Of a stretch of DNA of 64,000 nucleotides, positions 1 through 8,873 are shown piece by piece. The notes beneath the pieces are model-generated. The model made no database searches, was not told the origin of the DNA, and saw only the letters and a list, made by a program, of their open reading frames with translations. Numbering within the stretch: the first letter of the stretch is position 1; every line of letters begins with the position of its first letter. Source of the stretch: an uncultured Gemmatimonadales bacterium (GTDB lineage: Bacteria; Gemmatimonadota; Gemmatimonadetes; Gemmatimonadales; Gemmatimonadaceae); contig CAVPQB010000003.1 of assembly GCA_963707505.1 (NCBI GenBank), positions 512,001-576,000 of the forward strand, in the 5' to 3' direction. Position numbers and translations under genes: made by a program.

Positions 1-1875
1 CCGTTGGTGCTGGAACGCTCTGCGTTGATGGCGCCAGTCAGCAGGAGCCGTTCATTGGCGGTCAGGATTTCTTCCTGAGCGTAGTACGAGAACGACTTGG
101 TATCGTTCTGCGCCTGGTTGACGGCCGTCTGTGTTGCGGTCGCAATGTTCGTGATGCCGGGGAACAGTCCCTTGCCCTGATTGAAAACGTTGTCAACCTG
201 CGACCGATCCTGACGCAAACCGAACGATGTAGTCGCCGTGAGCGGTGAAAGAATCAGCTTGTGTGTGCCGTTCAGATTCAGGTTGGCACTGACCACGTTC
301 GTGTTACCATTGGCAACCGTACCGGCGTACGGGCTGATGACGCCCGACTGCTCCAGATACGTGAACGGGGGTGAGTAGATCAGCGCCTGATCGGAGTAGC
401 TGTCGACGCCGCCGAGAAGCGAGAAGTCGAGGGTCTGGCGCGTGGAGGCGACTGCAGACCATCCCGCCTGCGCACTACCGATAAGGCGGTAGACGTTCTC
501 AGGCGTCTTGATCACTTCCTGATCCTGCAAAACGTTGGCGCCGCTGACGGCCCACGGGTCCGCCGTGTAAACGCCGTTGACCTTCCGGGAAAAGTCATAG
601 AACGACGGCGTGCCGGAGATGACGTCCAGCGGGTTGATCGCGTTGTTGTCGTTACCGGAGATGCCGCGCTTGGTGAGCGTGTGCAGCACTTCGGTATTGG
701 CGCGCAGATTGATCTTGGAGCCGAACTGCTGCGTCAGGTTGATCCGGAGGTTCTGCTTGTCGTAGCCGTCCGTCGAGGTGATTCCAGCGTCGTGCTTCAC
801 GCCTGCGGATGTAAAGTACGTCGTGTTGCCGTCACCTGTACCGCCACGCAGCGAGGCCGCAGTCTCGTACGACAGGCCGCGGTTACCGTAGAGCTGATCC
901 TGTGCATCGGTGCAGCCCGAGTACGGGTTTGCCGCGAAGTAATCCGTGGCAGCCCTTGAATCCTGCCGGCGGATTGGCGTTGACGTAATCCGTCGCCTGC
1001 GCCTGGCTGAAGCAGCGAAGTGCGAGCGTGTTGGCTACGGCCGTCGTTCCGAAACGCTGTACGATATCAAGCGATGGAGTACCAGCGCGACCGCGCTTGG
1101 TGGTGATGATCACGACACCGTTTGCACCGCGCGAGCCGTAGATGGCACCGGCCGACGGCCCCTTGAGGACTTCGATCGATTCGATGTCTTCAGGGTTCAG
1201 GTCGGCGATACGATTGACCTGCTGATCCTGACTGGACGAGATCGCGCCGCCAGCACCCGTGATGCTGTTGAGGCCGTTTCCGAACGCGGAGTTATCCACG
1301 GCGACACCGTCAACGACGTACAGCGGCTGATAGTTACCGTTCACGGTATTGGTACCGCGAAGCTGCAACTGGATTCCGCCGCCTGGTGCGCCCGAGTTGG
1401 ACGTGATCACGGCGCCGGGAACCTTGCCCTGCAGCGCGCTCTCGATGTTCTGCTGCGGAACCTTGTTGATCTGTTCGGTGTTTACCACCGTTACAGCGTT
1501 TGCAGCGTTCGCGCGAGAAACTGTCGTCGCCTGACCGGTGATGACCTGCGTCTCGAGCTGAAGAACGTCGCGAGCGAGCGACACTGTGACCGAGTTGTCG
1601 TTGGCGCCGACGGGGACGACCTTGGCCGCAAAGCCGATGCGGCGAATACGCAACTGATGTGCACCGGCCGGCACGCTGATGTTGAAGTTACCGTTGTCAT
1701 CAGCGGTACCGCCGAGGGTGGTGCCCACTACCTGAACCGTTGCTCCGGGGATAGGCTCGGTGCCCCCCTGGACGGTGACGTGACCGGTCACGCGCCGCGT
1801 CTGCTGCGCATGGCCGAGCGATGGGATCACAGCGAGTAATACCGCCGCAATCCAGAGACGTGTTACTGACTTCAT
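1..1875 (-). CDS. SusC/RagA-family TonB-dependent outer membrane receptor #1 (3' end outside window; one frameshift at ~954)
   Basis: Signal peptide MKSVTRLWIAAVLLAVIPSLGHAQQ after a GGAGG RBS; carboxypeptidase-like N-domain; plug motif IADLNPEDIESIEVLKGPSAGAIYGSRGANGVVIITTKRG. Removing one G from a GGG run near 954 continues the frame (FKAATDYFAANPYSGCTDAQDQLYGNRG...). Confidence 0.9.
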
Positions 1876-2260
1876 CCGAACATTCCTCCGTCCGACGAAC
1901 TCGTTCGCCGGCGTGATTGACATCTGTGGATGGAAAGCTTGTACTGCGTGCTGTCGTGTGGGGCCGATGCTGCGACCCCATCAAGAACAAACCAAACCGC
2001 TCGTATGCCTCCTACTCGTCTCAGGATTAGGTTGATGTCTCCGGTCGATTTGAACGGGACTAACGTACTGCCGGGTCACGGTACCGCACCCTCGGCGCAT
2101 CATTAAGATCTCGTAAAATCGCAAGCGCCGCCGAGGGTGCCCATGAGGCGGCTACATATGTTCCAAGGCCAGAAATACGGCTTTTTGGCCCCGTACAACA
2201 TGGAACCGTGCAACGGGGCCGTCAACTGCAAACATGTAATAGAATCGCAATGGATTCCGC

Positions 2261-3953
2261 TCAGCGAGCGATTACGCCCGCCAGCCACGCCAGACTCTGG
2301 GCTTCGTGCGCCCGCCAAAAAGTGTTGGTATGGCCCCCTGCAGCTTCGGCGTAGCTAAGCGGGATGCCAAGCTTCAGGAGTTCCCCATGAAGCATGCGGT
2401 TCACCGTAAGCGTGCTCTGGTCGTCGGTCCCGACGATGAGGCAGAGTGCGGGAATCGGCCGGTGATCCGCGACGGCCCGGCGCGCGATCCACACGGGATC
2501 GAGGTCACGCCAGTCCGCGATATTGTCGCCAATCTCCTGCACCATCTCCGGCCAGGTGCTCGCCCACGCGCGGTGCAACTCATCGATGGAAACAGCCTCC
2601 CGAGCGGAACCCGGGTCCGGATAACCGCCGATCCGCATCAGCGCGAGTCCGGCGCCGGATAAACTCGCGCCGGCGGCAAAGACCTCGGGATATTTCAGAG
2701 AGAGATAAACGGCGCCGTAGCCGCCCATGCTCAAACCGGCCACCGCACGATGCTCTCTGTTCGCTACCGTACGGTAGGACGAATCGACGTGAGCCACGAG
2801 ATCGCGCACGATGTAATCGTCGTAGCGCATGTGCCGCACGCAGAAGTCCGTCGGTAGCTCGCCACCAAGAAGTGCGGCGCGTGTGCGGAGACATGTCTGG
2901 TAGTCAGGCGATCTCCGCCACGTGTGGTAGTATCCGTTGTCGCCGTCCGGCATGACAACGATCATCTCCGGCATACCGGCGGTAGCCAGCGAATCGAGCA
3001 CCGAATCGATCGCAAGCCCGACAACCCAGCTCCGCTCGTTTCCGCCCGTACCGTGCAGGTAATACGCAACGGGATACCGCCGAGCACTGTCGCGCGTGTA
3101 GGATGGTGGCAGATACACGACGAACCGCTTGGAGACGCCAAGCGCTGGTGAATACAACGAGTCCTCCGTTACGGTACCTCTCGCCTGCGAGACCACCCCG
3201 CTCGCGGGCAGCGAGAATTCTGCGGGGGGAATTCGCGCATTCAATCGTACGGTATCGATAGTGATGCTCTGACCGCCAGCCTGTCCTTCAGTGCTGGAAT
3301 CGATCCTGAACGCGATCATCACGCCTTCGACAGGGCGGTAGTCGCGAAAGAACGAAACGAACACTACGGGCTTTCCATTCATCACGCGATGGCCTCGCCA
3401 CTTCGTTTGCAAGATGCGAGACGGTATCGATGTAGTAGCTGTCGTCGAGTCCGGCCGCGGTGACGACGTCGAGCCTGTACGCCGGACGGCCATCCGCGGT
3501 GTCGAGTCCCGCTAACGTCACGCGACTGCCTTTGGCAGCGTAGTCGACCAGCGCACCATCCATGTCGCCGCCCGCCGCAACGTTCGCCGCTTCGCCCGCG
3601 GGGAGCACGTGCGGCGTCGTATCGCTCGGCGAGCCTGCTGGGTTGATCATCCACGCGACCTTGCCGTCGTATGCCTGGATAATACGGCCGCCGTCGAGCG
3701 CGATCTCTGTGCGTATGTGGCCGGGTCGAGCCATGTCGACAGTCATCAGATGCGCGGCTCCGCCCGAGAACGAGATGTGGCCGCGCATTTCCTGGGTGCG
3801 GACGGACTCGAGACGTTCCAGACCGCCGCGGCTCGCGATGCTGGCGGCGATCACGGAATCCGCCGAGCTTTCTGCAGACCGTTGCGCGCGAGCTGACGCA
3901 GAGAGCGATATACTCAGGGTTGTCAGCAACAACATTCCGGTTCGCTGGAGCAC
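2261..3953 (-). CDS. Secreted LolA-like (lipoprotein-sorting fold) domain fused to an alpha/beta-hydrolase esterase; frameshift at ~3410
   Basis: ORF 3288-3953 (signal peptide, RGGLERLESVRT...AYDGKVAW) joins ORF 2261-3493 at ...YYIDTVSHL/QTKWRGH. The C-terminal part has VYLPPSY, YYLHG, a GLSMGG nucleophile elbow, VGTDD and GGHT. Confidence 0.75.
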
Positions 3954-4207
3954 GGCCGTATCCTCGGGATCAGAAGTGGTTCTTCAACCCTCAGCGTCAC
4001 ATCGTGTTGCCTATAGCATTCATGCAACGCTGCTTGCTGGCGTTTTATTTAACGTCGGGATCGTAGAGAAGTCGCAGTCGCCGGGCACCGTGCGGCGAAT
4101 GGTGCCATCGTTGCTGCCAGCAGGACAGCGGCCAGCCTCTCGGGAGCTACTATTAGAAAGGGTGCGGGGCGCGGAGACCGCACCGTCACGCACATGGAGC
4201 TTCCTGC

Positions 4208-5485
4208 TTGCGCGAACCGTTGCACGACTCGTTGCACAACTCGTTGCACGAGTTGTCGTACGATCAGTCTGATACCGGCGACGGCTCGCGCCCCGACTTA
4301 CCGGCAGGGCTCCGTATCGGCTGGCGAATTGCGGCGCTCGTGTGGCTCGTGCCGGCACTCCTCAGCGCAACCACGTCGTACGCGTTCACACGGATCACGG
4401 GAAATCCCGTGTCGTTCTGGAATGCGCTCGTCATCAACATTCCAATCTGGTATTTCTGGGCGTTCGCGACGCCGGCAATCTTCTGGCTGGGCAGGAGGGC
4501 GAGAATCGGATGGCCTGTTTCTCCAGCCGCGGCTCTGCTTCACATTGCTACAAGCGTTCTCGCAGCCCTCATCGATGTGGTCTTTGGCATGAGCGTGGCC
4601 GTGCTGCTCGGCGCGGCGTCGCTTGGTGATCACGTTTTTCAGCGTTATCTGATCAATTTCATGTCGTGGCTTCTCACAGGCGTGCTGACGTACTGGACCG
4701 TGCTCGGCGCCGGCTATGCACTGGACTTCGACCGGAAATATCAGCGACAACGACTCCGGTCGTCACAGCTCGGCGCTGAGCTCGCGAAAGCGCAGTTGTC
4801 CGCCCTGCGCAGCCAGATTCATCCGCATTTCCTGTTCAACACGCTGAACACCGCCGTATCGCTTGTGCGCGTGGATCGCACCGACACCGCTGTTCGAGTT
4901 CTCACGAGTCTCAGTGACATACTGCGACGGTTGCTGCGCAACGCCACTGATCAGGAAATCACGTTGCGAGAAGAGCTTGCCTTTCTGAATGCGTACATCG
5001 CGATCGAGAAGATCAGATTTCCCGACCGTCTGCGGGTCAACATCGCAGTGCACGACGATCTCATGGACGCTCTCGTTCCCAACCTCGTGCTCCAGCCGCT
5101 GGTGGAGAACGCGATCCGATACGGGATCGGCAGACGTATCGGCACCGGACGGATCGACATTTCGGCGCAGCAGCGTCACGACCACCTTGTCCTGCAGGTT
5201 TGCGACGACGGGCCAGGGTTACCGGGCGAATTCGCGCCAGGTCTTCAAGGTGGAGTGGGACTGGCTAACACGCAGGCAAGACTGCACCACATGTACGGAT
5301 CGCTACACGAGTTCGTATTGGGAAACGTTGCATCGGGCGGGGCGGAAGTAACAATCGCAATTCCATTTCGACGTGCACCGAGCAATAGCACGAACAGTGA
5401 TATGAGTAATGACGGGGCCAGCGACGCGAGCAACAGCATCAGGGCGGACAAAGTACAAGCGATGACGGACGTTGGCCATGCGTGA
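4208..5485 (+). CDS. LytS-family membrane sensor histidine kinase (start uncertain)
   Basis: N-terminal TM helices; LRSQIHPHFLFNTLN, LQPLVENAIRYG, DDGPG and GVGLAN motifs. Confidence 0.92.
   Translation: MREPLHDSLHNSLHELSYDQSDTGDGSRPDLPAGLRIGWRIAALVWLVPALLSATTSYAFTRITGNPVSFWNALVINIPIWYFWAFATPAIFWLGRRARIGWPVSPAAALLHIATSVLAALIDVVFGMSVAVLLGAASLGDHVFQRYLINFMSWLLTGVLTYWTVLGAGYALDFDRKYQRQRLRSSQLGAELAKAQLSALRSQIHPHFLFNTLNTAVSLVRVDRTDTAVRVLTSLSDILRRLLRNATDQEITLREELAFLNAYIAIEKIRFPDRLRVNIAVHDDLMDALVPNLVLQPLVENAIRYGIGRRIGTGRIDISAQQRHDHLVLQVCDDGPGLPGEFAPGLQGGVGLANTQARLHHMYGSLHEFVLGNVASGGAEVTIAIPFRRAPSNSTNSDMSNDGASDASNSIRADKVQAMTDVGHA
4218..4253. repeat. 12-bp tandem repeat x3 (CGTTGCAC(G/A)A(C/G)T)
   Basis: cgttgcacgact cgttgcacaact cgttgcacgagt, read directly. 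Confidence 0.85.
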
Positions 5486-6317
5486 GATACGCGCGCTGAT
5501 CATTGACGACGAACCGGTGGCGACTGAAGCGCTGCGCGTCCTGCTGCAGCGTCACGCTGACGTGCATGTGATAGGCGAATGCCGCGATGGCATTGAAGCT
5601 GTACGACAGATCGGACAGCTTGCACCCGACGTTGTATTCCTTGACGTACAGATGCCGGAGCTCGATGGCTTCGACATCATACGAGAGCTTGGCAGCAGCC
5701 TTCCCTGCATGCTCGTGTTCGTAACGGCGCACGAAGAACATGCGCTGCGCGCGTTCGATGTACAGCCGGTGGATTATCTATTGAAACCCGTCGCCGAGGA
5801 GCGGATGGATCGCGCGATTCAGCGCATCCGGCGCCGTCTCGGAGATAGCCGCGCGCTGGATCCAGCCAAACAACTCGCAGCACGTCTGACCGATACAGAG
5901 AATGGAGCCGTGGAGGGATCCAGCACTATGGTACGAGCAGCCGCAACACGCGGCGCAGAGCGTTCGTCACCACGCTCGTATCTATCGCAGCTGACCGTAC
6001 GTACGGGAAAACGTTCCACGTTGGTATCCGTCAATGAGATCGACTGGATTGCCGCCGATGACTATTGCGTGAACGTCATCATAAAAGGACGCCGGCATCT
6101 GGTGCGGGCGTCGCTCGCGTCACTCGAAACCAGACTCGATCCCGCCACGTTCGTCAGGATACACCGCTCGGCGCTGGTCAATATCACGCGAGTGGTGGAG
6201 TGGCAGCGAAAACCACTACGCCGACTCGTTCTCGTCCTCGTAGACCGGACGCATCTCCCTGTGAGCCGGAGCAAGCGGGCAAAACTGCTGGCTATGCTGA
6301 ACAGCAACGCAATGTAA
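5478..6317 (+). CDS. LytTR-family DNA-binding response regulator
   Basis: Receiver domain (IIDDEP, FLDVQMP, FVTAH, YLLKP) plus LytTR domain (FVRIHRSALVN, LPVSRS). The start overlaps the kinase 3' end. Confidence 0.95.
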   Translation: MREIRALIIDDEPVATEALRVLLQRHADVHVIGECRDGIEAVRQIGQLAPDVVFLDVQMPELDGFDIIRELGSSLPCMLVFVTAHEEHALRAFDVQPVDYLLKPVAEERMDRAIQRIRRRLGDSRALDPAKQLAARLTDTENGAVEGSSTMVRAAATRGAERSSPRSYLSQLTVRTGKRSTLVSVNEIDWIAADDYCVNVIIKGRRHLVRASLASLETRLDPATFVRIHRSALVNITRVVEWQRKPLRRLVLVLVDRTHLPVSRSKRAKLLAMLNSNAM

Positions 6318-6428
6318 ACATTGTAATCATCGCACTTTTGCGACGTTCGGCACGCTATAGGCAGCGATGAGAAGCGGCACGCCGAAGTCGATGCACTAGA
6401 TTATTACCGAAGCCCTCGCGGAGGGGTC

Positions 6429-6866
6429 GTGAAAATCCGGTATCCCGCCATCATTGGCGTAGTGTCGATCGTTGTAACAGGCTGTATGCCGGCGCACAGG
6501 AAACCGGCCGAGGCGGACGTAGAAGTTCCGGTAGACGCCCTCGCGCTCGAAGTCGAGAACCGCAACTGGTCCGACGTGGTCATCTACGTACTGCACGACG
6601 GGTCGCGCACCCGCTTTGCCCAGGTCACCGCGGCCAAGTCGGCGACGCTTCCAATACCGCTGCGCCTCGTCAGCTCGACGGGGACCATACAGCTGCTGGT
6701 GCACCGGATCGGTGGCCATGACGACGCGATGGTCGCGATTGGAGGTCCGAATTTCGCCGCGGCGCGGGACGACTATCTGAGTCCGATCGTATCCGTGCGG
6801 ACCGGGTATACGGTTGCGCTGACGCTGGAAGACAACCTGCAGCGCTCAACCGTCGGTATCTGGTAG
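6429..6866 (+). CDS. Hypothetical lipoprotein
   Basis: GGAGG RBS, signal peptide with lipobox-like VTGC, beta-rich mature part. Confidence 0.7.
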   Translation: MKIRYPAIIGVVSIVVTGCMPAHRKPAEADVEVPVDALALEVENRNWSDVVIYVLHDGSRTRFAQVTAAKSATLPIPLRLVSSTGTIQLLVHRIGGHDDAMVAIGGPNFAAARDDYLSPIVSVRTGYTVALTLEDNLQRSTVGIW

Positions 6867-6905
6867 TCGCCAGGCTGACGCGGGCCCGCGCGGACTCATC
6901 GCGCG

Positions 6906-7355
6906 CTACTTGACCGAGCTCGGCGGAGCGGAGCTCGAGTTACCGATTGCCGAACCGGCGACGGTACCGGCCAGCACTGCGCCAGCCACTATCGCACCGC
7001 CGACCAAAAGACTGCGAGCGACCGAGGTGGTTCGGCGTTCGATAGTCGCGACGTCGCGCCGTGGAATGGAAACCGGCTCGCCGCTCCACGTCTCAGCCGC
7101 GCCGGTCAGACGCGTTACCTCGGTGATACGGAGGAGGACGGTTGAATCGGTGACGGCGTCGATGTGTCCTTCCAGCTGAGAGGCACCCCCGCCCAACCCC
7201 CGCGCGAGGTCTACGCCGCCTCCGTCTGTCAACGTGAGACGAATGTCATCCTTCGCTGCCTGTGACGAGAGTGATATCGGTGTATAGACCTGACAGCCGG
7301 CGCACAGAAGCGCGACCGCTGGGGCAATGGCACGTCGCACGAGAGAGATATGCAT
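6906..7355 (-). CDS. Hypothetical lipoprotein with C-terminal hydrophobic helix
   Basis: Start MHISLVRRAIAPAVALLCAGC (lipobox-like); C-terminal LLVGGAIVAGAVLAG. Confidence 0.65.
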   Translation of the reverse strand: MHISLVRRAIAPAVALLCAGCQVYTPISLSSQAAKDDIRLTLTDGGGVDLARGLGGGASQLEGHIDAVTDSTVLLRITEVTRLTGAAETWSGEPVSIPRRDVATIERRTTSVARSLLVGGAIVAGAVLAGTVAGSAIGNSSSAPPSSVK

Positions 7356-7394
7356 GAGTTCGTCGGGAGAGAGTAAACGGTCATGGGAACGAAC

Positions 7395-7431
7395 TGAGTC
7401 AGCCCGGTCCAGAGCGGACCGGGCTGACTCA
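7395..7431 (-). terminator. 16-bp perfect hairpin downstream of susD #2
   Basis: tgagtcagcccggtcc-agagc-ggaccgggctgactca, ~45 bp after the susD stop; weak U-tail. Confidence 0.7.
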
Positions 7432-7474
7432 CTACTACCCTGCAATTACTAGAACTGCTCCTGGAACCTCTCGG

Positions 7475-8854
7475 TCAGGCTCCAGCCTTGCACGCGACGC
7501 CCGTTCCATCCGAAGTCGTATTGACCGGATCATTCGGTGGCCGGAGGCCGTTGATGCCAACACCCGGTGCAGGAATGTTGGTGTTGGTGTTCTCCTCGCC
7601 GGAGTCATAGAACAGGCGACCAGGAATGACGAGCCCGGGCTGTGGCGGCGCGATGTTCGGCGTGCACGTCCGCTTGTAATCGTTCCATGCCTCTTCGCCG
7701 AGCTGGAAGTCGACGATGTATTTCTCAGTGAGGATCTCGTTGAGAAGCGCCTGGCCTGAGACACTTTCGGGGGCGAGGCCATGGTTGGCGCGCTCCTCAT
7801 TGAGCTTGACGAGCGCGGTGCCCGCATCTCCGGTACGATACGCAGCTTCCGCCCATATGAGGGTATTCTCGTCATATGTAACGAACGGCTGCGGGAAATC
7901 GGGCGCGTTGCGTGTTGCGCTCAGCCAGTCGACCGCTCCCGTCTTGGTGTGGCTGAAGTAAGCCGTATCACGCGGATCGTTGCGCGCCTTGAGGAGTGAA
8001 TCCAGGAACACTCCGCCACCAAGATCACCGCCGCGGCCGGCCGGTCCGTGAAACTGGTAGTAGAAGTTTGCCTCTGCCGGTTGGTTGGCTGTTGTGAACG
8101 CACCGAAGTAGTTGCCGGCGTCGCTCATGATACCCAACTTGGCTTCGGCGAGAGCAGCCTTGTACGCAGCAGCCGTGCGCACTTCGGCGGTGTGCATGTA
8201 GAAGCGCGCCTTGAGGGTGTGCGCCATGGCGGTCCACGCCACTGGATCACCACCGTAGGTGAGGTCGGCGGCACCCGGCCCGACGTTCGTCGCCGCGGTC
8301 GAAGCGAGATCGGTGATGGCTGCAGAGAGAACCGTCTGCACCGAATCGTACACGGTGAGCTGGTCATCCGGCACAGGGTTTGGCGTTCCCTGTAGCGCCT
8401 GCTTGTACACGAGGTCGCCGAAAATGTCAGCGCCCGTGCCCATCAACGCGCCCTCCACCACGCGAGCGATTCCGAGGTAGAGCGAATCATTCGCGGCGGC
8501 GGAGGCCTTCTCCAGCTTGACGATATCAACGAGACCACCGCCGGTGTAGAGCGCCGTATTGGTGCCGTTGGTGGTAGTCGCGTCCTGGCTGTAGCTGGAG
8601 CCCAATGCTCCGTACTGGTTCGCGAGTCCGGTGAACTGCTGCGCGTAAATGGATGTTACGCGCGCGGGATCGCCGCCCCAGTATCCCCAAAGCGTTTCCT
8701 GAGTTCCCACAAATAGTTGATCATTTGAAGCGACTGTTGGACGATTGGGGTCGTTACTCAGCTCCCCGCCCGTCAGAAAGTCGCCCTGGCATGCAGTCGC
8801 ACCGAGCACAGCGCCCAGCATCGCGATCGCGGCCAGTCTGTTTTTTATATACAC
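7475..8854 (-). CDS. SusD/RagB-family nutrient-binding outer membrane lipoprotein #2
   Basis: Lipobox ATAC, DPNRP, FGDLVY, LIWAEAAYR, EKYI...EAWNDYKRT; directly downstream of susC. Confidence 0.9.
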   Translation of the reverse strand: MYIKNRLAAIAMLGAVLGATACQGDFLTGGELSNDPNRPTVASNDQLFVGTQETLWGYWGGDPARVTSIYAQQFTGLANQYGALGSSYSQDATTTNGTNTALYTGGGLVDIVKLEKASAAANDSLYLGIARVVEGALMGTGADIFGDLVYKQALQGTPNPVPDDQLTVYDSVQTVLSAAITDLASTAATNVGPGAADLTYGGDPVAWTAMAHTLKARFYMHTAEVRTAAAYKAALAEAKLGIMSDAGNYFGAFTTANQPAEANFYYQFHGPAGRGGDLGGGVFLDSLLKARNDPRDTAYFSHTKTGAVDWLSATRNAPDFPQPFVTYDENTLIWAEAAYRTGDAGTALVKLNEERANHGLAPESVSGQALLNEILTEKYIVDFQLGEEAWNDYKRTCTPNIAPPQPGLVIPGRLFYDSGEENTNTNIPAPGVGINGLRPPNDPVNTTSDGTGVACKAGA

Positions 8855-8873
8855 TGATATCTCCTTGGTCGCG

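Noticed and set aside
946..1839. Long antisense/shadow ORFs (also 9091-10212, 15582-16619, 22656-23597, 40076-41188)
   Set aside because: They lie opposite well-supported genes, as expected in high-GC DNA, and show no motifs.
2187..2220. Hairpin GGCCCCGT...ACGGGGCC as terminator of the esterase gene
   Set aside because: On the minus strand it is followed by A's rather than U's; its function is unclear.
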